DNA of 64,000 nucleotides, taken from assembly GCA_965249575.1 (NCBI GenBank), contig OZ252244.1, forward strand, positions 1,046,434-1,110,433, read 5' to 3'. Below are positions 10,251-20,399 of the stretch, piece by piece. Every line of letters begins with the position of its first letter. The first letter of the stretch is position 1. Under the pieces are notes generated by a model that searched no databases, was not told where the DNA came from, and saw only the letters and a program-made list of their open reading frames with translations. Source of the stretch: Gemmatimonadales bacterium (GTDB lineage Bacteria > Gemmatimonadota > Gemmatimonadetes > Gemmatimonadales > GWC2-71-9). Position numbers and translations under genes: made by a program.

Positions 10251-12050
10251 ATGCGCCAAGAACGTATCCGCAATTTCTGCATCGTTGCACACATCGATCA
10301 CGGCAAATCGACCCTCGCCGACCGCCTCATCGAGGCGACGCGCACGCTCGACAAACGCAGAATGCGGGAGCAGGTCCTCGACACGATGGATCTCGAACGC
10401 GAGCGTGGGATTACGATCAAGCTCAACGCGGTGAGGATGCAGTACCGCCCCAATGATGAAGAGCCGTATGAACTCAACCTGATCGACACGCCAGGCCATG
10501 TCGACTTCACGTACGAGGTCTCACGCTCCCTGGCTGCCTGTGAGGGAGCGGTTCTCGTCGTGGACTCGAGCCAGGGAATCGAGGCCCAGACGGTCAGCAA
10601 CCTGCTGCTGGCGATGGACGCGGGGCTCGAGATCATCCCGGTCCTCAACAAGATCGATCTACCGGCCGCCGAGCCCGACCGGCGCGCGCAGGAGCTGTTC
10701 GAGCTGATCGGTACGCCTCCAGCCGAGACGCTCCGCGTGTCGGCGAAGGAAGGCCGCGGAATCTCGGAATTACTCCGCGCGATCGTGCAGCGGGTCCCGG
10801 CCCCCGGGGGATCGTCCGACGGCCCTTTCCGAGCGCTGATCTTCGACTCCTACTACGATCGCTTTCGGGGCGCGATCCCGAGTATCCGCGTCATGGACGG
10901 CGAGATCACCCCCGGCATGCACATCGCCTTCGGGTCGCATCCTTCCGACCGGTACGAGGTGGCGGAGGTGGGCTACTGGCAGCTCGGCCCGCAAAACACC
11001 GGGCGCCTACAAACAGGGGAGGTAGGCTACGTCATCGCGAACACGAGGGACGTCCGCGACACTAGGGTCGGGGACACGGTGCTCGACGCCGACCATCCGG
11101 CTTCAGAGACGCTGCCCGGCTATCGGGAAATCAAGTCAATGGTGTTCGCCGGCCTGTACCCGACTGACGCCTCGCAGTACGAGGAGCTCAGGGACGCGTT
11201 GGCGAAACTTCAACTCAACGACGCGGCGCTCCACTACGTACCTGAATCGTCGGTGGCATTGGGGTTCGGGTTCCGGTGCGGTTTTCTCGGCCTGCTCCAC
11301 ATGGACATCGTCCGGGAGCGCCTCGAGCGGGAGTTCGATCTCACGCTGATTACCACCGTCCCGAACGTGGAGTACCACGTACATCGCACGGACAGCGGCG
11401 TCGACATCATCGAGAACCCGACCAAGCTCGAGGTCGATTCGCGAGTCGACCGCGTCGAAGAGCCGTTCGTCAAGGCACGCATCACCGCCCCCTCGGACTA
11501 CATCGGTTCCATCATGAAGCTGGGTCAAGAACGACGCGGAGTTTACCTGGGCATGCACTACCTCGACCCAAGTCGAGTCCAGTTCGAGTGGGAGTTCCCG
11601 TTGTCGGAGATCATTCTCGATTTTTACGACCGGCTCAAGACGGTCAGCCGCGGCTTTGCGGCAATGGACTACGAGTTCGTCGGCTACCGCCCCAGCCGGT
11701 TGATAAAGCTGGATCTCCTCATCAACAACGATGCGGTGGACGCCTTCAGCGTAATCATCCACCGAGACAAAGCACACGACTGGGGCAAGAAGCTCGCCGA
11801 AAAGCTTCGAGAGTTGATTCCACGCCAGCTCTTCGAGGTGGTCATCCAGGCGGCCATCGGCTCCAAAGTCATCGCACGCGAGACGGTTCGCCCGCTCCGC
11901 AAGAACGTGACAGCCAAGTGTTACGGCGGCGACGTGACCCGGAAGCGAAAGCTGTTGGAGAAGCAGCGGGAGGGTAAACGCCGCATGAAACAGGTGGGCG
12001 TGGTCGAGATTCCCCAGGAGGCGTTCCTCGCCGTCCTGAAGGTCGAGTGA
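10251..12050 (+). CDS. lepA: Translation elongation factor 4
   Basis: [18 protein letters not shown] and [11 protein letters not shown] GTPase motifs. LepA-specific C-terminus ...[28 protein letters not shown]. Confidence 0.97.
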   Translation: MRQERIRNFCIVAHIDHGKSTLADRLIEATRTLDKRRMREQVLDTMDLERERGITIKLNAVRMQYRPNDEEPYELNLIDTPGHVDFTYEVSRSLAACEGAVLVVDSSQGIEAQTVSNLLLAMDAGLEIIPVLNKIDLPAAEPDRRAQELFELIGTPPAETLRVSAKEGRGISELLRAIVQRVPAPGGSSDGPFRALIFDSYYDRFRGAIPSIRVMDGEITPGMHIAFGSHPSDRYEVAEVGYWQLGPQNTGRLQTGEVGYVIANTRDVRDTRVGDTVLDADHPASETLPGYREIKSMVFAGLYPTDASQYEELRDALAKLQLNDAALHYVPESSVALGFGFRCGFLGLLHMDIVRERLEREFDLTLITTVPNVEYHVHRTDSGVDIIENPTKLEVDSRVDRVEEPFVKARITAPSDYIGSIMKLGQERRGVYLGMHYLDPSRVQFEWEFPLSEIILDFYDRLKTVSRGFAAMDYEFVGYRPSRLIKLDLLINNDAVDAFSVIIHRDKAHDWGKKLAEKLRELIPRQLFEVVIQAAIGSKVIARETVRPLRKNVTAKCYGGDVTRKRKLLEKQREGKRRMKQVGVVEIPQEAFLAVLKVE

Positions 12051-13069
12051 CGGACGTCGTCGTGCTGCAAACCGCCTACCTGGGTGACATGGTCCTCACG
12101 ACGCCGCTGCTGGAGGCTTTGGCCAAGCGACACGGTCCCGTCGACGTCGTCACGACGTCGGAAGCCGCTCCGCTCATCGAGACCCATCACGCGGTGCGTA
12201 CGGTACTCCGGTACGACAAGCGCAGCACCATGCGCGGTGTGGTAGGCAGGTACCGCGTAGCGCGCGATATCGCGCGGCGACGCTACGGGTGGGCCTATCT
12301 GCCGCACCGCTCGATTGCCAGCTCGCTGATCGCGCGGCTCGCAGGTATACCCCGTCGAGTCGGATTCGCCGACGCCGCGGGAAGGTGGTGGTACACGTCT
12401 CGAGTGGAACGCGCCGGTGTCCACGAGGCCGAGCGGCTGCTGAGCCTCGCCGGCCGCGCGGCGCCGGCCATGCCATCAATCGTGTTGACGTCTGCTGACC
12501 GTCGGGTGGCCGCCCGGGTGCTCCGCTCCGCCGGTGTCGAGCAACCGTTCGTCGCCGTCGCCCCGGGCTCCGCCTGGAAGACCAAACGCTGGCCCCACTA
12601 CCGTGAACTCGCGCGACGGATTGGCGTCACGCGAAGCGTCGTGGTCATCGGGTCGCGCCGTGAGCGCGGCGTGCTGGCCGCGAGTGGCGGGGAACACCCA
12701 AGCATCGACCTGGCAGGCCAACTCGGCATTCGTGAGTCGGCCGCCGTGATCGCTGATTCGGCCGCGCTCGTCGCGAACGATTCCGTGGCCGTTCACTTGG
12801 CGCAGGCGACGGGCACACCGGTCGTCGCCGTGTACGGGCCGACGAGCCCGGCATTTGGATTCGGTCCGCGCGGCCCGGCCGATCTGGTCGTGCAGCTGGA
12901 CGGGCTCCCGTGCCGTCCCTGCAGCACCCACGGCTCGGAGCGCTGCCCGCTCTCGCACCATCGGTGCATGCAAGATCTTTCCGTCGATATCGTCGAACGC
13001 GCGCTGGCGGGCGTTCTCGATGGGTCACGGAGTAAGCCGGCTCGGAGACCGGTGTGCACTGGATCGTAG
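12047..13069 (+). CDS. Glycosyltransferase family 9 (LPS heptosyltransferase-like)
   Basis: GTGA overlap with lepA. N-terminus [21 protein letters not shown] and ...[12 protein letters not shown]..., typical of GT9. Confidence 0.8.
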   Translation: MTDVVVLQTAYLGDMVLTTPLLEALAKRHGPVDVVTTSEAAPLIETHHAVRTVLRYDKRSTMRGVVGRYRVARDIARRRYGWAYLPHRSIASSLIARLAGIPRRVGFADAAGRWWYTSRVERAGVHEAERLLSLAGRAAPAMPSIVLTSADRRVAARVLRSAGVEQPFVAVAPGSAWKTKRWPHYRELARRIGVTRSVVVIGSRRERGVLAASGGEHPSIDLAGQLGIRESAAVIADSAALVANDSVAVHLAQATGTPVVAVYGPTSPAFGFGPRGPADLVVQLDGLPCRPCSTHGSERCPLSHHRCMQDLSVDIVERALAGVLDGSRSKPARRPVCTGS

Positions 13070-14037
13070 GAGTCGATCTGGGCGGGACGAACATCGTCGT
13101 AGCCATCGTGTCGGAGGACGGAGACGTGTTGCACGGACTTCACAAGCGACCGACCCCGCGGCCCTCCACTCCGGATGAGGTGGTCGCCAGCATCACGGAC
13201 ATGGTGCGGGCCTCTCTGGCCGACACCCGCAACGTTCTTGGGAAACACGACATCGACGTCCCGGGGATCGGCATCGGGTCGCCCGGACCGCTGAACACGG
13301 CAACTGGTGTCGTACGCATCTCGCCCAATTTGGGCTGGCGCGACGTACCGCTCCGCCAACTGGTGAGCGACGCCGTCGGCTATCCAGCCACACTGGAGAA
13401 CGATGCGAATTGCTCCACGATGGGCGAGTGGTGGCGGGGCGCGGCACGCGGCGCGGACCATGTGGTCGGTCTGACGATCGGTACTGGAATTGGTGGCGGA
13501 ATCATGATCGGCGGCGAGATCTTTCACGGCGCGACCGACGTGGCCGGTGAGATCGGGCATACGACCATCGATTCGACCGGTCGGCGATGTACATGCGGCA
13601 ATTACGGCTGCCTCGAAGCATACGCGTCCGGCCCGGCAATCGCGCTGCGGGCCAGGGAAGGAATCGAAGCGGGTGCGCGTTCCAGCCTCTCGGAGTGTCT
13701 GACCGACGGTCCCGAGACGATCACGGCTCAGGCGGTATACGATGCAGCCCAGCGGGGGGATAGTTTTGCCCTGGACGTCGTCCGAGAAACGGCCCGTTTC
13801 CTCGGAATCGGCCTGGCAAACATTGTCAATCTGTTCAACCCCGAGGTCGTCGTCGTGTGCGGCGGCGTGACCCAGGCTGGAAGACATCTCTTCGATCCCC
13901 TGACCGCCGAAGTGAAGCGGCGCGCGTTTCGCCCCGCGGTGGATGCCTGCCGCATCGTGCCCGGCCAGCTCTCCGGTACGGCCGGCATCTACGGCGCCGT
14001 TGGATTCTTCAGGCGACAAATGGGTAATCACTCGTGA
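13054..14037 (+). CDS. ROK family sugar kinase (glucokinase-like)
   Basis: [18 protein letters not shown]-binding motif and the ROK Zn motif CTCGNYGCLEAYASG. Confidence 0.85.
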   Translation: MHWIVGVDLGGTNIVVAIVSEDGDVLHGLHKRPTPRPSTPDEVVASITDMVRASLADTRNVLGKHDIDVPGIGIGSPGPLNTATGVVRISPNLGWRDVPLRQLVSDAVGYPATLENDANCSTMGEWWRGAARGADHVVGLTIGTGIGGGIMIGGEIFHGATDVAGEIGHTTIDSTGRRCTCGNYGCLEAYASGPAIALRAREGIEAGARSSLSECLTDGPETITAQAVYDAAQRGDSFALDVVRETARFLGIGLANIVNLFNPEVVVVCGGVTQAGRHLFDPLTAEVKRRAFRPAVDACRIVPGQLSGTAGIYGAVGFFRRQMGNHS

Positions 14038-14981
14038 AACGGATCGGCGTCATGGGCACCATGGTGTGGGATTCGATTTACGGGAGGGGGAGAATGCCCG
14101 ACCGCGTGGAAGAGTGGGGTGGGATTGCATACGCACTCGTGGCCCTCGATGCCGCGTTGCCGCCCTCGTGGGAGATCGTGCCGCTCATCAAGGTCGGGCG
14201 AGACATGGCGCCCAGCGCCAACCAGATACTGTCGAGCCTCGGCCGCCGCGCGGGCGCAGGGCGATTCGTCGAGGTCCCGCAACCAAACAACCGCGTTACC
14301 TTACGGTACGAATCCTTTGCCCGCCGCACCGAACAGCTCAGCGGCGGAGTGCCCGGATGGACGTGGGACGAACTGGGCCCGATGGTCCGGGATCTCGACG
14401 TCCTGTACGTGAATTTCATCTCGGGCTTCGAGATGACGTTGGAGACCGCGGCGCGGCTGCGGCAGGCGTTCGCCGGGCCGATCTTCGCGGACCTGCACAG
14501 CTTGCTACTGGACATCGCCCCGGACGGATTGCGCGTCCCGCGCTCGCTCCCCGAGCTTCCATCCTGGTTTTCTTGCTTCGACGTCGTGCAGCTCAACGAG
14601 GAAGAAATGGCGCGACTCGGTCCCGACCCGATGGAGGTAGCGGCAAACGCGATCGCCGTAGGCGTCCGGCTGATGGTGGTGACGATAGGGGAAAAGGGGG
14701 CGGTGTATTTCGCTCCACGGCCGTTCGTGTTCGCCCGATCGCGCGACCTCTCGTCCGGCCCCGTTGAAACGTCCCGGATCCCGACTGAGGTCCCACTCGA
14801 GGAGGGGGACCCAACGGGGTGCGGTGACGTGTTCGGCGCTACTCTCGTGGCGGGGCTCATCGCCGGCGCCGAGCTGGAACCAGCCATCCGCACAGCCAAC
14901 GCCATCGCGGCCACGAACATGCAATGCCGCGGCGCCCCTGGGCTGCGCGAGCGCTTGCGGGGAGGAATCGCTCGGGCATGA
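14034..14981 (+). CDS. PfkB family carbohydrate kinase
   Basis: GTGA overlap with the ROK gene. C-terminal PfkB signature DPTGCGDVFGATLVAG. Confidence 0.8.
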   Translation: MKRIGVMGTMVWDSIYGRGRMPDRVEEWGGIAYALVALDAALPPSWEIVPLIKVGRDMAPSANQILSSLGRRAGAGRFVEVPQPNNRVTLRYESFARRTEQLSGGVPGWTWDELGPMVRDLDVLYVNFISGFEMTLETAARLRQAFAGPIFADLHSLLLDIAPDGLRVPRSLPELPSWFSCFDVVQLNEEEMARLGPDPMEVAANAIAVGVRLMVVTIGEKGAVYFAPRPFVFARSRDLSSGPVETSRIPTEVPLEEGDPTGCGDVFGATLVAGLIAGAELEPAIRTANAIAATNMQCRGAPGLRERLRGGIARA

Positions 14982-15874
14982 CTCGAGTCGTGGAGGTTCC
15001 GACCCAGTTCGACGACCGGACGTTCGATCAGTTCGCGAAGGCCTTTGGTAAGCCGGACGGCGGGCGTATGCTGTTCGACGCGCACGCCACCCAGTGGGCC
15101 TCTCCGTACGGCCTTCTCGGCCTGCTGAGCGCTGGACAAGCGGTAGCGGAGCACACAGCCGAGCGACCGCTCCTCACCGTACCGACGGATCGCGACGTCG
15201 CCCGCTACTGGAAACGCGCCGGTTTTTTCCGCGCGGCGGAGGAGTCCTTCGAGTTACATGGCAAGATCCCCCGAACACCGGCGGAAGGATCCTCGGACGT
15301 TCTTCTAGAGGTCACGCCGATCCGCGGAGCGGACGACGTGCACGGTGCGGTTCACGGGATTCAAGAGCGGGCGGTTGCGATCCTGGCCAACGATCTCGGT
15401 CTCGAAGCCCAGGCGACCATAGGATTCGCTATGGCGCTTTCGGAAGCCTGTCAGAATATTGTAGAGCACGCCGGCACCGGGGGATGGGTCGCCGTTCAGA
15501 CGTACCACTGGCGGCGCCGGCTCGGACGCCGAGTGGTAGTGATTGCGGTCGCGGACGCCGGAGTCGGGTTTCGACATTCCCTCGAGACGACACAGGCGAA
15601 ACGATTCGGAGATCGATGGGGCGACGCGGCGGCGCTGGAGGCCGCGCTCATTCAAGGGGTCAGCCGGTTCCGAGATCCTGGACGAGGGCAGGGACTCGCC
15701 GGCATCCGCCGCTACCTGAGTCGCTGGTCGGGGAAGGTCAGCGTTCGCAGCGGCACCGCACGCATCACGATCGTCCCACCATGGGACGACGACGTGCCCA
15801 TGGCCGAGGGGCTGCCCTCCTTTCCCGGTAGCCAGGTACTCATGATCATCCCAGCTCAACATCCCGAGTCCTGA
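14978..15874 (+). CDS. GHKL (SpoIIAB/RsbW-like) ATPase / putative serine kinase with an uncharacterised ~140-aa N-terminal domain
   Basis: ATGA overlap with the PfkB stop (start MTRVVEVPTQFDD). N-box EACQNIVEHA, G1 VADAGVGF, G2 GRGQGLAGIRR. Confidence 0.6.
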   Translation: MTRVVEVPTQFDDRTFDQFAKAFGKPDGGRMLFDAHATQWASPYGLLGLLSAGQAVAEHTAERPLLTVPTDRDVARYWKRAGFFRAAEESFELHGKIPRTPAEGSSDVLLEVTPIRGADDVHGAVHGIQERAVAILANDLGLEAQATIGFAMALSEACQNIVEHAGTGGWVAVQTYHWRRRLGRRVVVIAVADAGVGFRHSLETTQAKRFGDRWGDAAALEAALIQGVSRFRDPGRGQGLAGIRRYLSRWSGKVSVRSGTARITIVPPWDDDVPMAEGLPSFPGSQVLMIIPAQHPES

Positions 15875-15877
15875 CGC

Positions 15878-16408
15878 ATGCAAGCGATTGACCTTCGAGC
15901 CATTCTGAGGCGCACCGTGTCGGGGTTTTACGGCGACTTGGTCACACGACGCACTGGAGCGGCGGTGCGGGGAGGGATCGAGCAAGTCCTCGCCGAGTCG
16001 GACGGCGATCAGGCAGCCGTGATCGACTTCAGTGAGGTCCGCTGTATCGACATGTCCTGCGCCGACGAGATCGTCGCCAAGCTCCTAGTGGAGCACGGTG
16101 AGGCACGGTACTTCGTGCTGCGCGGGATCAGCGAGGCTCAACGCGACGCGATCGAGTGCGTGCTGGAGCGCCGGCGGTTGGCCGTGGCTGTGGTGGATGC
16201 GGACGGACGCCCGGACGTACTCGGTACGATCCCGGATGCGGCGAGGCTGGTGTTCGGCATTCTGGCAGAAGAGGGGGCGGCAGCGCCCGACGAGGTGGCC
16301 GAGCGACTGGCGGTCCCAGCCGACATGGCGCGAGCAGCACTTGAGGACCTACTGGAGCGCCGGCTGATCTTCGCCGAAGCGAACGGATATCGGGCGGTAA
16401 CCGCATGA
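15878..16408 (+). CDS. STAS-like (DUF4325-type) protein with C-terminal winged-helix-like region
   Basis: Starts 3 nt after the GHKL gene. ...LVTRRTGAAVRGGIEQVL...AVIDFSEVRCIDMSCADEIVAKLL matches my memory of the DUF4325 pattern. The C-terminus ...AAAPDEVAERLAVPADMARAALEDLLERRLIF is wHTH-like. Confidence 0.55.
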   Translation: MQAIDLRAILRRTVSGFYGDLVTRRTGAAVRGGIEQVLAESDGDQAAVIDFSEVRCIDMSCADEIVAKLLVEHGEARYFVLRGISEAQRDAIECVLERRRLAVAVVDADGRPDVLGTIPDAARLVFGILAEEGAAAPDEVAERLAVPADMARAALEDLLERRLIFAEANGYRAVTA

Positions 16409-17562
16409 CCCGGCCACGAAAGTTCGGACCCTCGACCAAGGCGGTCCACGGGCGCCCCGGCACCAAGCCCGAGGGATCACCGGTTGCGAAGGCCATCGTA
16501 CAGAGCAGCACATTCGTCAACCTCGTGGGCGAAGACGGCGACTTACTCTATACGCGCTACGGCAACAACCCGAATCAAGTCGATCTCGGCGGCAAGCTGG
16601 CCCTGCTGGAAGGAGCGGAGGCCGCCATCTTTGTCGCCAGTGGCATGGGAGCGACGGCGCTGGCACACATGGCCGTGCTCGGCCCGGGGGATCATCTGAT
16701 CTCGAGCGACTGGATCTATGGCGGTACCCGCAAGCTCTTCGCCCAGGAATTCAGCCGTCTTGGCATCGACACGACGTTCGTGAACCCCGCGCAAAAAAGG
16801 GGTTGGCGCAGGTATATGCGCAAGAACACGCGCGCCGTGTTCGTCGAGGCCGTGTCGAACCCGCTCATGCGGGTTCTGAACATCGACCCCCTGGCAAAGC
16901 TCTGCCATGGTGAAGGGCTCGCGCTCCTGGTCGATTCGACGTTTGCAACACCAATCAACTTCCGGCCGCTGGAACGCGGGGCCGACGCCGTAATCCACAG
17001 CGCAACGAAATACCTGAACGGCCACTCCGACGTCATCGCCGGTGCGGTGGCCGGAACCGAGGCTTTCGTCGAGGAGGTACGAGAACGCATGAAGGTCTGG
17101 GGCCAGACACTCGACCCACACGCAGCCTGGCTCACCGACCGCGGCTTGAAAACGCTGGCCGTTCGGATGCAGCGACACAATTCCAACGGACTGGCGTTCG
17201 GTCAGTGGGCCCAGAGTCGGTCGGAGTTCAGCACAGTGCACTACCCTGGGCTCGAGAGCCACCCGGACCACGGGCTCGCGACCGACCTGTTGAGCGGATT
17301 CGGCGGACTCGTTGGCCTTCAGGTCAAGGGCGGCGTCCGGGCGACCGAGCGGTTCCTACGTCGGCTCCGCCTGGCCACCCACGCCCCTAGCCTTGGCGGC
17401 GTTGAAACCCTGGTGTCCGAGCCTCGGCTCACCTCGCATGCCAGCCTCTCCGCCGCGGAGCGGAATGCCCAAGAGATACCCGACGGCTTCGTGCGGGTGA
17501 GTCTCGGCGTCGAGGACATCGATGACATCATCGCCGATTTCGAGCATGCGCTGTCGAGCTGA
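16405..17562 (+). CDS. Cys/Met-metabolism PLP enzyme (cystathionine gamma-synthase/beta-lyase family)
   Basis: ATGA overlap with the STAS gene. PLP-lysine motif SATKYLNGHSDVIAG. Confidence 0.85.
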   Translation: MTRPRKFGPSTKAVHGRPGTKPEGSPVAKAIVQSSTFVNLVGEDGDLLYTRYGNNPNQVDLGGKLALLEGAEAAIFVASGMGATALAHMAVLGPGDHLISSDWIYGGTRKLFAQEFSRLGIDTTFVNPAQKRGWRRYMRKNTRAVFVEAVSNPLMRVLNIDPLAKLCHGEGLALLVDSTFATPINFRPLERGADAVIHSATKYLNGHSDVIAGAVAGTEAFVEEVRERMKVWGQTLDPHAAWLTDRGLKTLAVRMQRHNSNGLAFGQWAQSRSEFSTVHYPGLESHPDHGLATDLLSGFGGLVGLQVKGGVRATERFLRRLRLATHAPSLGGVETLVSEPRLTSHASLSAAERNAQEIPDGFVRVSLGVEDIDDIIADFEHALSS

Positions 17563-17589
17563 CCAGGCCGGGGTGAAGCACCTCGTACC

Positions 17590-18285
17590 GTGATCAGATT
17601 CACGAACGTCTTCAAGGTGTACCCGAACGGGTCCGTCGCCCTCAAGGACGTGTCGTTCCACATCAACAAGAGCGAGTTCGTATTCCTGACGGGACACTCG
17701 GGCGCCGGTAAGTCCACAGTGTTGCGCCTGGTGTACGCGGAAGACCTCCCCAACTCCGGCGAGGTCCGTATTTCGGGATTCAATACGGGAACACTCCTCC
17801 GGCGCGAGATTCCGCGGCTTCGCCGCCGCGTGGGAATCGTGTTCCAGGATTTCCGACTCCTCGAAGATCGGACCGCGGAAGAGAATGTGGCCTTTGCGCT
17901 CGAAGTCACCGCGGCGCGGCGCAGTTCGATCGCTCCGAAGGTGATGCGCGTGCTGGCACAGGTTGGACTCGCGGCGAAAGCCCTGGCGCGCCCCCACGAG
18001 CTTTCGGGTGGAGAACAGCAGCGTGTCGCCATTGCTCGCGCGCTGGTCAACGATCCGATCGTATTGCTCGCCGACGAACCGACCGGCAACCTCGATGAAC
18101 GGGCGACCCGGGGAGTCTTTCAGCTCCTCAGGGACATCAACGCGAACGGTACGGCGGTGATCATGGCGACTCACAACCTCGACCTGCAGCGCCATACGCC
18201 ATACCGCACCATCGAGCTGCAGCAGGGAGCCGTGGTCTACGATTCGGTGGCGGACGATCCCGCGTACGGCCAGAGCGCCCTATGA
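17590..18285 (+). CDS. ftsE: Cell-division ABC ATPase
   Basis: Walker A GHSGAGKST, signature LSGGEQQRVAIARAL, Walker B LLADEPTGNLD. Followed by ftsX. Confidence 0.9.
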   Translation: MIRFTNVFKVYPNGSVALKDVSFHINKSEFVFLTGHSGAGKSTVLRLVYAEDLPNSGEVRISGFNTGTLLRREIPRLRRRVGIVFQDFRLLEDRTAEENVAFALEVTAARRSSIAPKVMRVLAQVGLAAKALARPHELSGGEQQRVAIARALVNDPIVLLADEPTGNLDERATRGVFQLLRDINANGTAVIMATHNLDLQRHTPYRTIELQQGAVVYDSVADDPAYGQSAL

Positions 18286-19148
18286 GACTGGTTTTGCGGG
18301 AAACCGTATTGTCATTCCGGCGCGCTCCGCTCCTGTCGGGGCTCTCCATCACGACGATCGCGTTCGCGCTGTTCGTAACCGGCCTTTTCGGCTTGGTGGC
18401 GCTGAACGTTCGACAGGCATTGGACCAGGTAGAAGAACGGGTCGAGATCGTCGCCTACCTGATGCGCGGAACCCCCGTCGAGATAGTCACCGTGGCGATC
18501 GGAGACATCCAGAGTTTCCCGGATGTCGCCAGCGTCTCGTACGTGACCGAAGACCAGGCCCTCGAGCGAGCGCGGACCGAGCTCGTCGAGTTCCAGGGCA
18601 TCTTCGAGGAGTTCGTGGCCAATCCGCTGCCGGCCTCCCTCGAGATTAAGCTGCAATCTGGATACCGCGACAGCGAGCACGTGGCTGAGGTTGCCGACCG
18701 CCTGCGCGGATTCCCTTTCGTCGAGGACATCCGCTACGGCCGCGACTGGGTGGCGAAGCTCGACCGGCTCCGGGGAATTGCCGCGGTTGTCGGCCTGGTG
18801 ATCGGTGGTGCGTTCGCCGCCGCGTCGGTCATCATCATCGCCACGACGATCCGTATGGCCGTGCTCCAGCGCAGTCGCGAGATCGCGTTGATGCGCCTGG
18901 TCGGTGCGACCGACGGGTTCATTCGACAGCCTTTCCTGTTGGAGGGGGGTCTGAAGGGCGCGATTGGTGGCATGATCGCGGTCGCGCTCAGCTACGCGGC
19001 CTTCGTGACGTTGGATCGTCTCCTCATCGAGACGGCGTTCTTCAACGTGGCGCAAGCAGTCGTGATCATACTGTTCGGCACAGCTCTCGGACTCGGCGCG
19101 AGCGCGGTGAGCGTCGGACGGCACTTACGGAGGGTCAACGCCGGATGA
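18282..19148 (+). CDS. ftsX: Cell-division permease-like protein
   Basis: 4-nt overlap with ftsE. One TM, a large periplasmic loop, then three C-terminal TMs, which is the FtsX topology. Confidence 0.85.
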   Translation: MRLVLRETVLSFRRAPLLSGLSITTIAFALFVTGLFGLVALNVRQALDQVEERVEIVAYLMRGTPVEIVTVAIGDIQSFPDVASVSYVTEDQALERARTELVEFQGIFEEFVANPLPASLEIKLQSGYRDSEHVAEVADRLRGFPFVEDIRYGRDWVAKLDRLRGIAAVVGLVIGGAFAAASVIIIATTIRMAVLQRSREIALMRLVGATDGFIRQPFLLEGGLKGAIGGMIAVALSYAAFVTLDRLLIETAFFNVAQAVVIILFGTALGLGASAVSVGRHLRRVNAG

Positions 19149-20350
19149 AGGGCGTCGCGCTGGCGCTCGTGGGTGTCGGGCTGGCACTCCTCGCCGGTCA
19201 GCCGCAGAACGCCCGCGCCCAGGAGCCGGTCGTCGAGCGGATCCGGGAGAACCGGGAGCGCCTGGAAGCGATCCGGGTGGAGCGGGATCAACTCCAGTCC
19301 GAGCTCGATCGGCTCAGGGGTCGCGCCCACAGCATCAGCGGTGAGTTGGCGAATCTGGAGCGCCAGGCGGCGGTGACTAATCAGATCGTGAACGAGCTGG
19401 ATCGACAGATCGGTTCGATGCGCGGCCAACTCGATACACTGACGCTGGAACTCTTGCTCGCCGAGGACAATGTGACGGAGAAGCAAGCTGTCTTGGAACG
19501 CCGAGTGAGTGACATCTACAAACGCGGCCCAATGTGGGCCTTCGAGGTGATGCTCGCGGCGGAGAGTTTCGGCGACCTCTTGAGTCGATACAAGTACCTC
19601 TACCTCGCCACACGCCACGATCAGGCGCTCGTCGGCGACGTCAGGGATTTGCGCGACCGCATTGCCTCTCAGCGCCGTCAGTCGGTGAACGTTCGCCAGG
19701 AACTCGGCCGGCAACGTGACGAACGCGGCCGCGAGCTGACGAGATATCAACGCCTCGAGCGCGCCCGCTCGCGCAGCTTGCGGCAGACGCGAGTCTCGGA
19801 GCGTCAAGCGGAAAAGCGTCTTGACTCCCTCGCCCGCGATGAAGACCGCCTCAACGATATTCTGGCCGCACTGGAGCGGGCCCGCCGGCGCAGCCTCGCA
19901 ATCGGCGGCAACGTCGAGGGGCGGCTCGCCGAGGGGACCATTCACACCAGCGATCTCGGGTCCCTCAATTGGCCGGTCGAGGGCCCCGTCCGCTACCAGT
20001 TCGGGCGGTTCCGACGGCCCGATGGAACGCACATCCGATACAACGGCATCGGCATCGGCACGCCGGTCGGCACTCCTGTTCATTCCATCGAGCGTGGCAC
20101 CATCCGCGTGGCCGAGCCGCTGAATACGTACGGTCCTACGGTAGTCGTGGATCACGGCGGGGGGTTCTATACGCTCTATCTGTACCTATCGCGCGTCGAT
20201 GTCTCCGTCGGGCAGGTCGTGGACGCGGGCGCGGTCGTCGGGCTCTCGGGCGGCGAGAACTCCGATGAAGGCCCGCACCTCGAATTTCAGATTCGGGGCG
20301 AGGGGGGCATCGCCTTGGATCCGGTGAACTGGCTGAAGAACAGACGTTGA
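19145..20350 (+). CDS. EnvC-like murein hydrolase activator (coiled coil + degenerate M23/LytM domain)
   Basis: Signal peptide and long coiled coil. C-terminal LytM fold (VVVDHGGGFYTLYLY) with the HxGxD position reading YNGIG and HLHFE reading HLEFQ. Confidence 0.85.
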   Translation: MKGVALALVGVGLALLAGQPQNARAQEPVVERIRENRERLEAIRVERDQLQSELDRLRGRAHSISGELANLERQAAVTNQIVNELDRQIGSMRGQLDTLTLELLLAEDNVTEKQAVLERRVSDIYKRGPMWAFEVMLAAESFGDLLSRYKYLYLATRHDQALVGDVRDLRDRIASQRRQSVNVRQELGRQRDERGRELTRYQRLERARSRSLRQTRVSERQAEKRLDSLARDEDRLNDILAALERARRRSLAIGGNVEGRLAEGTIHTSDLGSLNWPVEGPVRYQFGRFRRPDGTHIRYNGIGIGTPVGTPVHSIERGTIRVAEPLNTYGPTVVVDHGGGFYTLYLYLSRVDVSVGQVVDAGAVVGLSGGENSDEGPHLEFQIRGEGGIALDPVNWLKNRR

Positions 20351-20399
20351 GCATTGCAGCCCCCACCCCCCCGCTCTGGCCGCGTTATCTTTTACAGGC

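Noticed and set aside
14078-15154. 358-aa minus-strand ORF
   Set aside because: It lies antisense to the PfkB kinase and GHKL genes, is Ser/Arg-rich, and shows no motifs.
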